NCBI GenBank assembly: GCA_050916045.1
Contig: CP051526.1
Location: 3,136,001 to 3,200,000, forward strand
DNA length: 64,000 bases
Source of the DNA: Tepidisphaera sp.
Lineage (GTDB): Bacteria; Planctomycetota; Phycisphaerae; Phycisphaerales; UBA1924
Reading direction: 5' to 3'
The notes below the pieces were generated by a model. That model searched no databases. It was given only the letters and a program-made list of their open reading frames with translations, and was not told where the DNA came from. Made by a program: the position numbers and the translations under genes. Below, piece after piece: positions 49,103 to 59,453 of the stretch; position 1 is the stretch's first letter; each line of letters begins with the position of its first letter.

Positions 49103-52100
49103 TGGCCACCCAAAGCTGGACACTCGCCGCGTTGTCGGTGGGGCCGATTCAGTTCGACAATCCGCGGCTTCTCTGGCTGTTTCCGATTGTTGCGGTGGTG
49201 TCGGTGCTGATTGCTCGCAAGAGTCTTTCGGGGCTTGGGAGCGTGACGAGGTGGGTGGCGCTTGCGGCGCGGTTGCTGGTGCTTGCGCTGCTTGTGGGGG
49301 CGCTGGCGGAGCCGTCGTGGCGGAAGGAGTCCAAGTCGGTCGCGGTGACGGTGCTGGTGGATGTGAGCGATTCGATCCCGGCGTCGAGCCAGAAGAAGGC
49401 GGAGTCGTATCTGCAAGCGGCGGCGGCGGCTTCGAAGCGTGAGCAGGATGACAAGCTGGGTGTGCTGACGATGGCTCGCGAGCCGTATGTGCAGCAGCTT
49501 CCGTCGAAGGGCGCGACGACGATCGAGCGTGGGTTTACGGGCAAGACGGACGCGACGGACATCGCGGCGGCGGTGCGTCTGGCGCTGGGGATTGCTCCGG
49601 CGGACTCGGCGAACAAGCTGGTGGTGGTTTCGGACGGGAACGAGACGGTGGGTTCGGTGCTGGCGGCGATCTCTGCGGCGCAGGCGGCGAACATTCCGAT
49701 CAGCATTTATCCGATTCAGTACAAGTATGACAACGAAGTGCTGATGGAGCGGCTGGTGGTCCCCCCCACCGCTCGCGTGGGGGAGAACGTTTCGCTGAAG
49801 GTGGTGCTGAGCGCGACGACGCCGGCATCGGGGACGCTTTTCGTCCGCGACGACAGCGGGCCGATTGATCTGGACCCGACGTCGGACAAGAGCGGCGTGC
49901 AGGTGCAGCTTGAGAAGGGTCCGAACACGTTTGCGGTGTCGGTGCCGGTGATGAGCCGCGGGGCGGTGCGGTATGAAGCGACGTTTGAGCCGGACACGGC
50001 GGGCGGGGCGCTGGTCGCGGACACGCGGCTTGAGAACAACCGCCAGATCGCGGTGACGTTTGTTTCGGGCGAGGGGAGCGTGCTTGTGATCCGGGAGGAT
50101 CCGGCGGAGACGCAGGCGTTCGTGAAGGCGCTGCGGGAGTTCGGGATTCCGGTGATTGAGTCGGACGTGGGCGGTGCACCGCAGGACATGGTGCAGATGA
50201 ACGCGTTTGACGCGATCGTGCTGGCCAACGTTCCGCGGACGCTTTTCACGGAGAAGCAGATCAGCGATCTGCAGAGGTATGTTCGTGAGGGCGGGGGCGG
50301 GCTGGTGATGCTTGGGGGCAAGGACTCGATGGGAGCGGGGATCTGGATGGACACGCCGGTGGCGGAGGCGCTGCCGATTGACCTGAACCCGCCGCAGAAG
50401 AAGGAGATGCCTCGGGGTGCGCTTGGGATCTGGTGCCACTCGGTGGAGATGCCGGACGGGCGGTTCCTGGGCGGGCGGGTGTGCAATGCGGCGGTGGATG
50501 CGCTTTCGCGGCTTGACTATGCGGGGATCGCGGAGTGGGGCCCGAACGGGGCGGGGTGGGCGCACCCGATGAGTCCGCTTGGGGACAAGTCAAAGATCAA
50601 GCAGGCGATCAACCGGCTGACGTACGGCGACATGACGGACTGGACGCCGGCGCTGCAGGCGCTGCTGGCGGGGATGGAGAAGGTGGATGCGGGGCAGAAG
50701 CACTGCATTCTGATTTCCGACGGCGACCCGATGCCGCCCAGCCGGGCTTTGCTCGACAGGTTCAAGAACGCGAGCCCGCCGATCTCGATCACGACGGTTG
50801 CGATCGCGTGCCACGGGATCCAGGACCAGACGGGGATGGAGAACATCGCCAGGTACACGGGCGGGCGGTTCTACAACATCAAGCCGGGGCAGGAGAACAA
50901 GGTTCCGGAGATCTTCATCAAGGAAGCGATCACGGTGCATCGGCCGCTGATCCGCGAGGGGAAGCCGTTTACGCCAAAGATCAGCGGGATCGCTTCGGAG
51001 ACGTTCGCGGGGATCAGCTCGCTTCCGGCGATCACGGGGTATGTGCGGGCGGCGGAGCGTGGCGGGCTGGCGCTGGTGACGCTCAAGAATGACGAGGATG
51101 AGCCGCTGATGGCTCAATGGAACTACGGGCTGGGGCGTTCGATCGCGTTCACGTCGGATGCGGGGGGTCGGTGGGCGGCGCAGTGGCCGTCGTGGGGTCA
51201 GTATGCGGCGTTCTGGTCGCAGCACATCCGGTGGGTGATGCGTCCGACGAATTCGGCGATCGCGGTGCGTGTGACGCCGGAGACGAAGGGTGATGAGACG
51301 CTTCTGATCGTGGAAGCGGCGACGCGGGACGGTGAGCGTCTGCCGTTCGTGAATTTCCAGGGGCGGATCGCTTCGCCGGATGGCAACGACGATCAGGACG
51401 TGGTGCTTCGCGAGATCGGTCCGGGGCGGTATGAGGGGCGTGTGCGGACGGCGGGGGCGGGGACGTACATCGCGAGTTTGCGGTACAAGGTTCCGCGCGG
51501 GGACGGCGGTCCTCCGCTCGAGGGGTCGGCGTCGGCGGCGATCAACCGGCCGTTCGCGGATGAGTACCGGACGCTGAAGGACAACACGGTTCTGCTGGAT
51601 CAGGTGCGGGACAAAACGCGGGGGATTTCGCTGCCGCAGGATCCGACGAAGGCGGATCTGTGGAGCCGGGAGGGTCTGACGTTCCCGGTGTCGACGTATC
51701 CGATCTGGCTTTTGACGGCGGTGCTTGCGATCGCGCTGTTCCTGGTGGATGTGGCGGTTCGTCGCGTGCGGATCGATGTCCTGGGGATGGCGGCGGCGGT
51801 TCGTCGGGCGGCGGGGCGGAGCAAGCAGACCTCGGCGGAGCTTTCGGGTCTGCGGGCGGCGAAGGACAAGGCGAAAGCGTCGATCAAGACGCGGGGCGAG
51901 ACGCTGACGCCGCTGGCACCGCCGACGGTGGATGCGAGCGTTGCGTCGGCGAAGTTTGACGCGACGGCGGAAGAGCTTCAGGCCGCCCGCCGGGACGCGA
52001 AGTCTGACGTGCCGGGTGCGGCGGCGGCGGATCCGGGCAAGCCGAGCAAGCCGAAGTCCGCGAAGGAGGATGCGGAGCAGGGCATGTCCGCCCTTCTGAA

Positions 52101-52140
52101 AGCCAAGCGTCGCGCCCGCGATGAACTCGAGGATCGCTGA
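49099..52140 (+). CDS. Membrane-anchored VWA plus glutamine-amidotransferase-like domain protein
   Basis: N-terminal TM pair, DVSDS MIDAS, SDGNET, FDAIVLANV, GGGLVMLGG, second VWA-like (ILISDGDP), WNYGLGR, C-terminal TM. Confidence 0.85.
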   Translation: MMATQSWTLAALSVGPIQFDNPRLLWLFPIVAVVSVLIARKSLSGLGSVTRWVALAARLLVLALLVGALAEPSWRKESKSVAVTVLVDVSDSIPASSQKKAESYLQAAAAASKREQDDKLGVLTMAREPYVQQLPSKGATTIERGFTGKTDATDIAAAVRLALGIAPADSANKLVVVSDGNETVGSVLAAISAAQAANIPISIYPIQYKYDNEVLMERLVVPPTARVGENVSLKVVLSATTPASGTLFVRDDSGPIDLDPTSDKSGVQVQLEKGPNTFAVSVPVMSRGAVRYEATFEPDTAGGALVADTRLENNRQIAVTFVSGEGSVLVIREDPAETQAFVKALREFGIPVIESDVGGAPQDMVQMNAFDAIVLANVPRTLFTEKQISDLQRYVREGGGGLVMLGGKDSMGAGIWMDTPVAEALPIDLNPPQKKEMPRGALGIWCHSVEMPDGRFLGGRVCNAAVDALSRLDYAGIAEWGPNGAGWAHPMSPLGDKSKIKQAINRLTYGDMTDWTPALQALLAGMEKVDAGQKHCILISDGDPMPPSRALLDRFKNASPPISITTVAIACHGIQDQTGMENIARYTGGRFYNIKPGQENKVPEIFIKEAITVHRPLIREGKPFTPKISGIASETFAGISSLPAITGYVRAAERGGLALVTLKNDEDEPLMAQWNYGLGRSIAFTSDAGGRWAAQWPSWGQYAAFWSQHIRWVMRPTNSAIAVRVTPETKGDETLLIVEAATRDGERLPFVNFQGRIASPDGNDDQDVVLREIGPGRYEGRVRTAGAGTYIASLRYKVPRGDGGPPLEGSASAAINRPFADEYRTLKDNTVLLDQVRDKTRGISLPQDPTKADLWSREGLTFPVSTYPIWLLTAVLAIALFLVDVAVRRVRIDVLGMAAAVRRAAGRSKQTSAELSGLRAAKDKAKASIKTRGETLTPLAPPTVDASVASAKFDATAEELQAARRDAKSDVPGAAAADPGKPSKPKSAKEDAEQGMSALLKAKRRARDELEDR

Positions 52141-52222
52141 TCGAAACGCCCGGAACTCCATCTCTGCATTGAACCCTGACACCAACCTCGTCCGCTGATC
52201 TCATTACTTCAGAAGGATCCCC

Positions 52223-53266
52223 ATGTCGACGATGACCGAAGCCCCCACGACGCCCGCGGAAGTGAAAGCCAAGTGCGATGCGTTCCGCGAACGGTTCAAC
52301 AAGCTCAAGGCCGAGATCGGCAAGGTCGTCGTCGGGCACTCCGACGTGGTCGAGTCGGTGCTGATCGCGCTGTTCACGGGCGGCAACGTGCTGCTTGAGG
52401 GTGTGCCGGGCTTGGGCAAGACGCTTTTGGTGCGGTCGCTGGCCCAGACGCTGAGCTTGCCGTTCAGCCGGATCCAGTTCACGCCGGACCTGATGCCAGC
52501 GGACGTGATCGGGACGAACATCGTGATGGAGGATGCGGAGACGGGGCGGCGGAAGTTTGAGTTCCAGAAGGGGCCGATTTTCGCGCAGATCGTGCTCGCG
52601 GACGAGATCAACCGTGCGACGCCGAAGACGCAGTCGGCGCTGCTTGAGGCGATGCAGGAGCGGTCGGTGACGGTGGGCGGGAAGACGCACAAGCTGGAGA
52701 AGCCGTTCATCGTGCTGGCGACGCAGAACCCGGTGGAGCAGGAGGGGACGTACCCGCTTCCCGAGGCGCAGCTGGACCGGTTCATCTTCAAGCTGGTGGT
52801 GGGGTATGGGGAGTTGAGCGATCTGATGACGATTCTGGAGCGGACGACGGGGAGCGCGGCGCCGGAGTGCTCGCCGGTGATGGATGGGCCGTCGATTCTG
52901 GAAACGCAGGCGCTGGTACGCGGGGTGGTGGTGGCGCCGCACGTGATGCAGTATGTGGGGCGGCTGGCGATGGCGACGCATCCGGGCGGGCCTTACGCGG
53001 CGGGCGGGGCGGAGGGTCCGGCGAACAAGTACGTGCGGTGCGGGGCTTCGCCGCGCGGGGCGCAGGCGATGCTGCTTGGGGCGAAGGTGCGGGCGCTGAT
53101 CGACGGCCGGTTCCACGTGAGTTTCGCGGACGTCAAGGGCGTGGCTCCGATGTGCTTGCGGCACCGGTTGATCCTGAACTTTGAAGCGGAAGCGGACCGG
53201 GTGGATCCGGATGCGATCGTGAAGCAGATCATCGAGAAGACGCCGACGGACCCGGTGAAGCTCTGA
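52223..53266 (+). CDS. MoxR-family AAA+ ATPase
   Basis: LLEGVPGLGKT, RIQFTPDLMPAD, LADEINRATPKTQSALLEAMQE, ATQNPVEQEGTYPLPEAQLDRF. Confidence 0.96.
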   Translation: MSTMTEAPTTPAEVKAKCDAFRERFNKLKAEIGKVVVGHSDVVESVLIALFTGGNVLLEGVPGLGKTLLVRSLAQTLSLPFSRIQFTPDLMPADVIGTNIVMEDAETGRRKFEFQKGPIFAQIVLADEINRATPKTQSALLEAMQERSVTVGGKTHKLEKPFIVLATQNPVEQEGTYPLPEAQLDRFIFKLVVGYGELSDLMTILERTTGSAAPECSPVMDGPSILETQALVRGVVVAPHVMQYVGRLAMATHPGGPYAAGGAEGPANKYVRCGASPRGAQAMLLGAKVRALIDGRFHVSFADVKGVAPMCLRHRLILNFEAEADRVDPDAIVKQIIEKTPTDPVKL

Positions 53267-53379
53267 GGAGCATCGCCGCAGGGTCGCTGAGTCATCGCCG
53301 ACAGCGGTCTTGATTCTTCGCAGAGGCGTCCTGATCAGAAGCCGGGCCAGACGACGGAACACTCCATGAGACTCCATCC

Positions 53380-53934
53380 ATGAGATTCAAGCAGATCGCC
53401 TTCATGTTTCTTGCTTTCCTCTCGACCATGATGCACGCCGGGTGCGCTTCGGGCCCGACGGCGCCGGACGCGGGCGTCGCGGACAAGTATGTCGGCGAGT
53501 GGCGCTCGGCGAACAGCGTGTTTGTGAGCTGTTTCCGTCGCCCGGACTCCACGTACATCCTGCGCTCCAACCGTTCCGGGAAGGAGCGGTCGTCGGAGGG
53601 CGAGTTGATCGACGTCGAGGGGACGATGATGGTGAAGGTGAAGGTCTTTGAGCCCAACGCGGAAGAGCTTTCCAGGGGGCGGGTCCCTCTGTATCAGTTC
53701 GGCGTGCTTGAGCTTTCGGACTCGCGGCTGAAGTACACGCCGGTGCGTTCGGCTTGGCTTGCGAGCACCATGCGGTCGCACGGCCTTGGGGAGGCAGTCG
53801 GCGGGGAGTCGGCGACTCCGGGAGCGGGCGTGGGTATGCCGGCGGAGTGGTCTGATCTTGAGCACATTCTTCGGGACGCGGTGACGGAAGACGGAGCGTT
53901 GGAGCCCACCGAATCGTTCGAGAAAGTGAAGTAG
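53380..53934 (+). CDS. Hypothetical lipoprotein
   Basis: Signal with HAGC lipobox-like motif; 184 aa. Confidence 0.7.
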   Translation: MRFKQIAFMFLAFLSTMMHAGCASGPTAPDAGVADKYVGEWRSANSVFVSCFRRPDSTYILRSNRSGKERSSEGELIDVEGTMMVKVKVFEPNAEELSRGRVPLYQFGVLELSDSRLKYTPVRSAWLASTMRSHGLGEAVGGESATPGAGVGMPAEWSDLEHILRDAVTEDGALEPTESFEKVK

Positions 53935-53941
53935 TACTCGC

Positions 53942-54889
53942 ATGCTCAAGACCTCGAACGCCAAACGACTGGAAGGCATCGAAGACCTGGCGACACCGGC
54001 GCAGATCGCGAAGGTCGCGCCGCTTGATCTCACGAGCCGGCGGATCTTCTCCGGCAAGCTCAAGGGCGAGCGGCGGTCGAAGAAGCGCGGCGAGTCGGTC
54101 GAGTTCGCGGATCACCGGCCGTATGTGATGGGGGATGACCCGCGGCACCTGGACTGGAACCTGTTCGCGCGGCTGGACGTGCTTTTCCTCAAGCTTTATC
54201 TTGAGGAGGAGGATCTGTCGCTTCACATCGTGATCGACGCTTCGGGGTCTTCGGACACTGGGGATCCGAGCAAGTTCGTGTTCATGCAGCGGGTGGCGTT
54301 CCTGCTGGGGTACATGGGGCTTTCGAACCTGAACCGCGTGGCGGTGACGGTGATCGGCGGGACGACGCGGAGCGCGGCGGAGGGCGTGAAGCCGCAGGTG
54401 CTTCGCTCGCTTCGGGACCTTCGCGGGCGTCGGCGCGTGATGGAGCTTTCGGACTTTCTGCTTGACACCGAGCCTGGGGGGTCGTCGAATTTCCGGGCGG
54501 CGGCGGAGCGCATCGCGCTGACGCGTCGTGGGAAGGGCGTGATGGTGCTGATGTCGGACTTCCTGATGAAGGAGGGGTACGAGGACGGGCTGCGTCTGCT
54601 TGTGGGGCGCGGGTTTGACGTGATCGCGATGCAGATTCTCTCGCGGGAAGAGCTCAAGCCGCCGATCACGGGGGACCTTCGTCTGAAGGATGTCGAGGAC
54701 GCGGACACGGCGGAGGTCACGATCTCATCACCGCTTCTCAAGCAGTACGACAAGATCGTGACGGCGTTCCGCCGCCGGCTTGAGGAGTTCTGCCATCGTC
54801 GCGGGATCATGTACCTTTTGGCGACGCCGGACCAGGCTCCTGAGTCGCTGCTGATGGACACGCTTCGCGCCAAGGGGGTGCTGCGATGA
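53942..54889 (+). CDS. DUF58 domain protein (MoxR partner)
   Basis: GESVEFADHRPYVMGDDPRHLDWN, DASGSS, SDFL, DVEDA. Confidence 0.93.
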   Translation: MLKTSNAKRLEGIEDLATPAQIAKVAPLDLTSRRIFSGKLKGERRSKKRGESVEFADHRPYVMGDDPRHLDWNLFARLDVLFLKLYLEEEDLSLHIVIDASGSSDTGDPSKFVFMQRVAFLLGYMGLSNLNRVAVTVIGGTTRSAAEGVKPQVLRSLRDLRGRRRVMELSDFLLDTEPGGSSNFRAAAERIALTRRGKGVMVLMSDFLMKEGYEDGLRLLVGRGFDVIAMQILSREELKPPITGDLRLKDVEDADTAEVTISSPLLKQYDKIVTAFRRRLEEFCHRRGIMYLLATPDQAPESLLMDTLRAKGVLR

Positions 54890-57054
54890 CCTTTCTCACC
54901 CCGCTTTACGCCGCGATCGCGGCCGGGATCGCGATCCCGTCGCTGGTCATTCTTTACTTTCTGAAGCTGAAGCGGCGGGATATGGAGATCTCCTCCACGC
55001 TGCTCTGGAAGAAGGCGATCCAGGACCTTCAGGCGAACGCTCCGTTTCAGAAGCTGCGTCGCAACATCCTGCTTCTGCTGCAGCTTCTCGCGCTGATCGC
55101 GGCGATTCTCGCGCTCGGACAGCCGCAGATCAACTCGATCAAGACGTCCGGCGGCCGCCACGTGATTCTCATCGATCGCTCGGCGAGCATGAACGCGGTG
55201 GATGAGGAACTCAAGGGCGCGGCGATCTCGCGTCTGGAAGCGGCGAAGGAGGAAGCTCTCAACTTCATCCAGGGCCTCGCCGAGCCTGGGCTTATCGAGA
55301 AGGACACGGGCGACACGGCGATGGTGATCGCGTTTGACCGGGAAGCGAGCGTGGTGCAGCAGTTCACGGGGGACAAGCGCAAGCTTGCCGACGCCGTGCG
55401 GGGCATCACGCCCTCGGACGGCCCGTCGCTGCTGGAGCCGGCGGTTCGGCTTGCGCGGGCGCAGGCGCCGCGGCTGATCCTGGAAGACACGCGGATCATC
55501 GACGGCCAGCCGGTGACGGATATCAAGGTGATCGAGGGGATCTCCGACCGCTGGCCGATCAGCTTGCACGTCTACACGGACGGCAAGCTTCCCGATGCGG
55601 GTCGAGCGGTGGCGGGGCCGAGCGACACGGTGGAGTTCCGCCGGTTCGGCAAGCTTGACACGCACAATGTGGGCATCGTGGCGCTTCGGGCGGATCGCGA
55701 GTTTGACACGCCGGCGAACGTGCTGCTTTTCGCGGGGCTGCAGAACACCGATCCCAACCCGGTGAAGGTCGACGTCCAGCTCGTCCTGGACGGCGTGCAG
55801 GGCCCGATCAAGGAAGTGACGATCCCCGGTTCGGTCACCAAGGGTTCGGGCGAAGCGGCGGAGTCCATCCCCGGCGATGCGGGCGTTTCGTTCAAGTTTG
55901 AGCGGGCGGAAGCGACGGCGGCCGAGTTGATCGTGCGCAAAGCGGACTCGATCGCGAATTCGCTTGACACGTTCGCGACCGACGACCGGGGCTGGCTGAT
56001 GATCCCGCCGGCTCGCGGCTTGCGATTGGCGCTGGTGACCAACGGGAATCTCTTCCTGCGGCAGGCGCTGGCTGTGCTGCCGCAGTCGGGTGAGCCCACG
56101 ATCTTTTCGCCGGCGGAGTATCAGGCGGCTTTGAAGAATGGCAAGGCCTTTGAGTTCGACGTCACGGTGGTGGACAGCGTGACGATCGAGTGGGGGGACA
56201 AGAAGAACACGTTGCCGCCGGGCCGGTTCCTCTTCTTCAACTCGATCCCCAACGCGGTGGACGCGGGCAGCTTGAAGCCTGTAGTCGAGGGTCAGGTTCC
56301 CGACCGGCTGGGGGCGGTGCTCGTGCCGACCGGAGAGTCGGGGCCGTCGACGATGGTGACGTGGCAGCGGGACCACCCGGCGTTCCGGTCGCTGAACCTC
56401 GACAATTTGGATCTGTTCAAGTCGCTGAAAGCGGAGGTTCCGGCAGGGTCCACGGCTCAGATTCTGGGCGAGTCGACCTCCGGGCCGGTGTTCTTTGGGT
56501 TGATCACTTCGGACGCGCGTGCTTTGGTGGCGGCGTTTGACCCGACGGCTTCGGACTGGCCGTTTGATGTTTCCTTCATCGTGTTCCTGTCGTATGCGAC
56601 GGATTACCTGGGCACGGGAGGCGGCTGGGCGGTTGCCCGGTCCTCTCAGCCGGGCCTGACCCTTTCCGACCGCCTTCCCGACAGCGCGTCGGGGGTCGAG
56701 TGTGTGGGACCCGGGGGAATCACCGTGGGCGCGGGTCTTGCGCCCGACGGGTCGGCGTCGTTTGGGCCGTTCCCGAAGGTCGGGATCTACACGGCATCGT
56801 GGACGGGGCCGGGAGCGGCGGGCGATGAGACCTCCGGGGGCACGTCCAAGCGTCGGTTGGCGGTGAATCTGCTTGATCCGGCGGAATCGGACATCCGTGC
56901 TGCCCAAGAAATCAAGCTTGCATCGACGGATGCGGCGGCCAAGCAAGGCGAGACGGGGGGATCGGTCCGTATCCTTTGGCCTTGGATGCTTCTGGCGGCG
57001 CTGGCCGTGGTGATGCTCGAATGGTTCATCTACAACCGCAAGGTACACGTCTGA
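54886..57054 (+). CDS. BatA-type N-terminal plus VWA domain protein
   Basis: LYFLKLKRR...SSTLLW, LLLLQLLAL, DRSASM MIDAS, C-terminal VNL...ESDI and LEW TM. Confidence 0.88.
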   Translation: MTFLTPLYAAIAAGIAIPSLVILYFLKLKRRDMEISSTLLWKKAIQDLQANAPFQKLRRNILLLLQLLALIAAILALGQPQINSIKTSGGRHVILIDRSASMNAVDEELKGAAISRLEAAKEEALNFIQGLAEPGLIEKDTGDTAMVIAFDREASVVQQFTGDKRKLADAVRGITPSDGPSLLEPAVRLARAQAPRLILEDTRIIDGQPVTDIKVIEGISDRWPISLHVYTDGKLPDAGRAVAGPSDTVEFRRFGKLDTHNVGIVALRADREFDTPANVLLFAGLQNTDPNPVKVDVQLVLDGVQGPIKEVTIPGSVTKGSGEAAESIPGDAGVSFKFERAEATAAELIVRKADSIANSLDTFATDDRGWLMIPPARGLRLALVTNGNLFLRQALAVLPQSGEPTIFSPAEYQAALKNGKAFEFDVTVVDSVTIEWGDKKNTLPPGRFLFFNSIPNAVDAGSLKPVVEGQVPDRLGAVLVPTGESGPSTMVTWQRDHPAFRSLNLDNLDLFKSLKAEVPAGSTAQILGESTSGPVFFGLITSDARALVAAFDPTASDWPFDVSFIVFLSYATDYLGTGGGWAVARSSQPGLTLSDRLPDSASGVECVGPGGITVGAGLAPDGSASFGPFPKVGIYTASWTGPGAAGDETSGGTSKRRLAVNLLDPAESDIRAAQEIKLASTDAAAKQGETGGSVRILWPWMLLAALAVVMLEWFIYNRKVHV

Positions 57055-57065
57055 CCCACCCACCC

Positions 57066-59453
57066 ATGACGATCCACACCAACCCACTCCGCTTGCTCGC
57101 CGTCTGGGTGATGATCGCGATCGTCGCCATGACTGGAGGGCGAGCGACGGCTCAGGACAAGTCTGTGCTTGCCCGCGCGGACTTTGGCTGGAACACGACG
57201 ATCACGGCGGGCCGGTGGTGTCCGGTTCGGGTGTGGCTTGACGGGAGCGCGGATTCGGACCCGGTCTCGGGCGTGATCGAGATTTCGTATTCGCAGGACC
57301 GCACGCAGAACGCGGGGGTGGTCGTGCCGGCGTCGACGACGCCGGGCAAGCTCACGCCGGTCGACCTGGCGGTGTGCTTGCCGTTTGACGTGGGGTCGGT
57401 GAAGGTGACGTTCAGCTCGGGCAAGGGCGTGCAGACGCTTGAGTTCACGCCGCCGCCGACGTCGGGCCAGACGGCGCAGCCACGGCGGGGCGAGCAGCGC
57501 CTGGGTCAGCTTTTCGCGGGGACACGCGGGCTGATGGTCCATAGCGGGGTGGGCTCGATCGAGCGGTCGTTTCCCAAGCCGCGGGAGGTGGATCGGGCGC
57601 CGAGCGTGGGGAGCCAGATCGTCACGAACTACACGGGCTTCAGCGGAGACCAGTTGACGGAGCTGCGGTGGATGCAGCTTGCGGCGACGGATGTTTCTCT
57701 GGAGGACTTGCCGCCGATCCCGCAGGCGTACCAGGGACTGGAAGCGCTGATCATCGATCCGGGGAAGTCGTCGGGGATCGAGCCTCGCGTGCGCGGTGCG
57801 ATCCTTGACTGGGTGGCTTCGGGCGGGCGTCTGATCCTGCTTGCAACGGACGAGACCGGAGCGTGGAGGCAGTGGCTGACGCCGAGCCTTGGGGAAGCGA
57901 TCTCGGCGAGCGTGCCTGGGCGGATGGTGCCGCCGGCGGAGCTGAACGCGGTGCTTCAGAGCGAGGTGCTCAAGGTTTCGGCCTCGCAGGCGACCAACGG
58001 CAACCTCCCTCAGTATCGCGGCTATCCGCAGTCGGTGGAGGTCACGGTGCGTTCGGAAGCGGCGCCGGTGGTGCCGCTTCGGAAGGAGATCGTCGGCCGG
58101 GTGTTCACGCTTTCGGAGGATGCTTTGGCGCAGGGGTGGTCTGCGTCGTGGTCGACGGGTGCGGGGTCTGGCCTGATGGTGCGTGGGCCGATGGGTATGG
58201 GCGTGGTGACAATCCTCGGGGTGGATCCGGAAGCGGTGCCGGACGCTCTTGATGCGCAGGCATCCAAGCGTTTGTGGCGGGACGCGTTGACGCCTTCGTT
58301 CGCGACGTATCTGGCGACGCCGTTCAGCGATTCGCACGCTCGCGACCGCGAGGTGAGCACCGCGCTCAACACGATCGTGAGCGTGCCGCCGCTTGGCAAC
58401 ACGGTGTTCAACGTGATCCTGATCTCGCTGGGTGCTTTGGCGCTGCTTCTGGGGCCGATCGACTGGTTTGTGCTCAAGCGGTTCCGGGCGCGGCAGCATT
58501 CGTGGCTTGTGGCACTGGGGTGGGTGTCGCTTGCGTCGGTGGCGGCGTTTGTGATTCCGCCGCGGCTTCGGAGCGGGCCGCCGCAGATCAACCGACTGAC
58601 GTCGGTGGACGTGGTGCAGTTGTCGAATGAACCGAACGCGCGGGCGTTTGCGTGGCAGGACGGTTTGACGGGCATTTTCGCGTCCGGGCCGCTTCGGATC
58701 GAGATCGATGATTCGTCGGAGACGGAGGTTGCGGGCTCATGGTGGCACGGCATCGCGCCGGAGGACGATTCGTACTACGGGCCGTTCTCGGAGCCTCGTC
58801 GCAACTCGCTGAACATCTTCGCACCGCTTGTCACGCCGCAGTTGACGTCGGTGGATCGTGAGCGTCAGAGCGTGCCTGTTCCGTTCAACATGCCCTCGTG
58901 GAGCTATCGCACCCTCGCGGATTCGTCGGTTCCGGAGGCTCCTCCGATCCGGGCGACCATCAGCCGCGAGAGCGAGCGGTTCAAGGTTCGGCTCTCGGGG
59001 TTGCCCGAAGTCGGCGGGATCGGCAGGCTGACGCTTTTCACCTCGTCGGACGGCTCGAGGCCGCAGACGGAGGTGGATTTCGTCGGCGAGGGCGATGTGC
59101 CGCTGGCGACGGGAGCGACGCTTCCGACGTTTGACGGGTTGACGTTTGACTTCGACCGATTCGGCAACCGGATGACGACCGTGGTGCCGCAGTCGTCGCA
59201 ATTCTGGACGTGTGAACTGCCGGGGCCGTCGAGGCGGTTCGGGGCGATCAAGGCGCGGCTTGATTCCGGCCGGTGGGCGATGGTCGAGCTCGTGCTCACG
59301 GCACCGGTTCCCTCGTCGCGGTTCCTGAGCCAGAAGATCCTTGATCGCGAGAACTTCGTCTCGAGCAATCTGACCACGATCCGCCTGCTTGTGCCGGTCG
59401 GGAGCCCCGCCGAGAGCCCGTCGCAAACGCCGTCCAAGGAGCCTTCACCTTGA
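57066..59453 (+). CDS. Secreted/membrane protein of MoxR-VWA-ABC clusters (GATase-like domain plus TM pair)
   Basis: Signal peptide, GRWCPVRV, YQGLEALII, WVASGGRLI, LLGPIDWFVLKR. Confidence 0.78.
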   Translation: MTIHTNPLRLLAVWVMIAIVAMTGGRATAQDKSVLARADFGWNTTITAGRWCPVRVWLDGSADSDPVSGVIEISYSQDRTQNAGVVVPASTTPGKLTPVDLAVCLPFDVGSVKVTFSSGKGVQTLEFTPPPTSGQTAQPRRGEQRLGQLFAGTRGLMVHSGVGSIERSFPKPREVDRAPSVGSQIVTNYTGFSGDQLTELRWMQLAATDVSLEDLPPIPQAYQGLEALIIDPGKSSGIEPRVRGAILDWVASGGRLILLATDETGAWRQWLTPSLGEAISASVPGRMVPPAELNAVLQSEVLKVSASQATNGNLPQYRGYPQSVEVTVRSEAAPVVPLRKEIVGRVFTLSEDALAQGWSASWSTGAGSGLMVRGPMGMGVVTILGVDPEAVPDALDAQASKRLWRDALTPSFATYLATPFSDSHARDREVSTALNTIVSVPPLGNTVFNVILISLGALALLLGPIDWFVLKRFRARQHSWLVALGWVSLASVAAFVIPPRLRSGPPQINRLTSVDVVQLSNEPNARAFAWQDGLTGIFASGPLRIEIDDSSETEVAGSWWHGIAPEDDSYYGPFSEPRRNSLNIFAPLVTPQLTSVDRERQSVPVPFNMPSWSYRTLADSSVPEAPPIRATISRESERFKVRLSGLPEVGGIGRLTLFTSSDGSRPQTEVDFVGEGDVPLATGATLPTFDGLTFDFDRFGNRMTTVVPQSSQFWTCELPGPSRRFGAIKARLDSGRWAMVELVLTAPVPSSRFLSQKILDRENFVSSNLTTIRLLVPVGSPAESPSQTPSKEPSP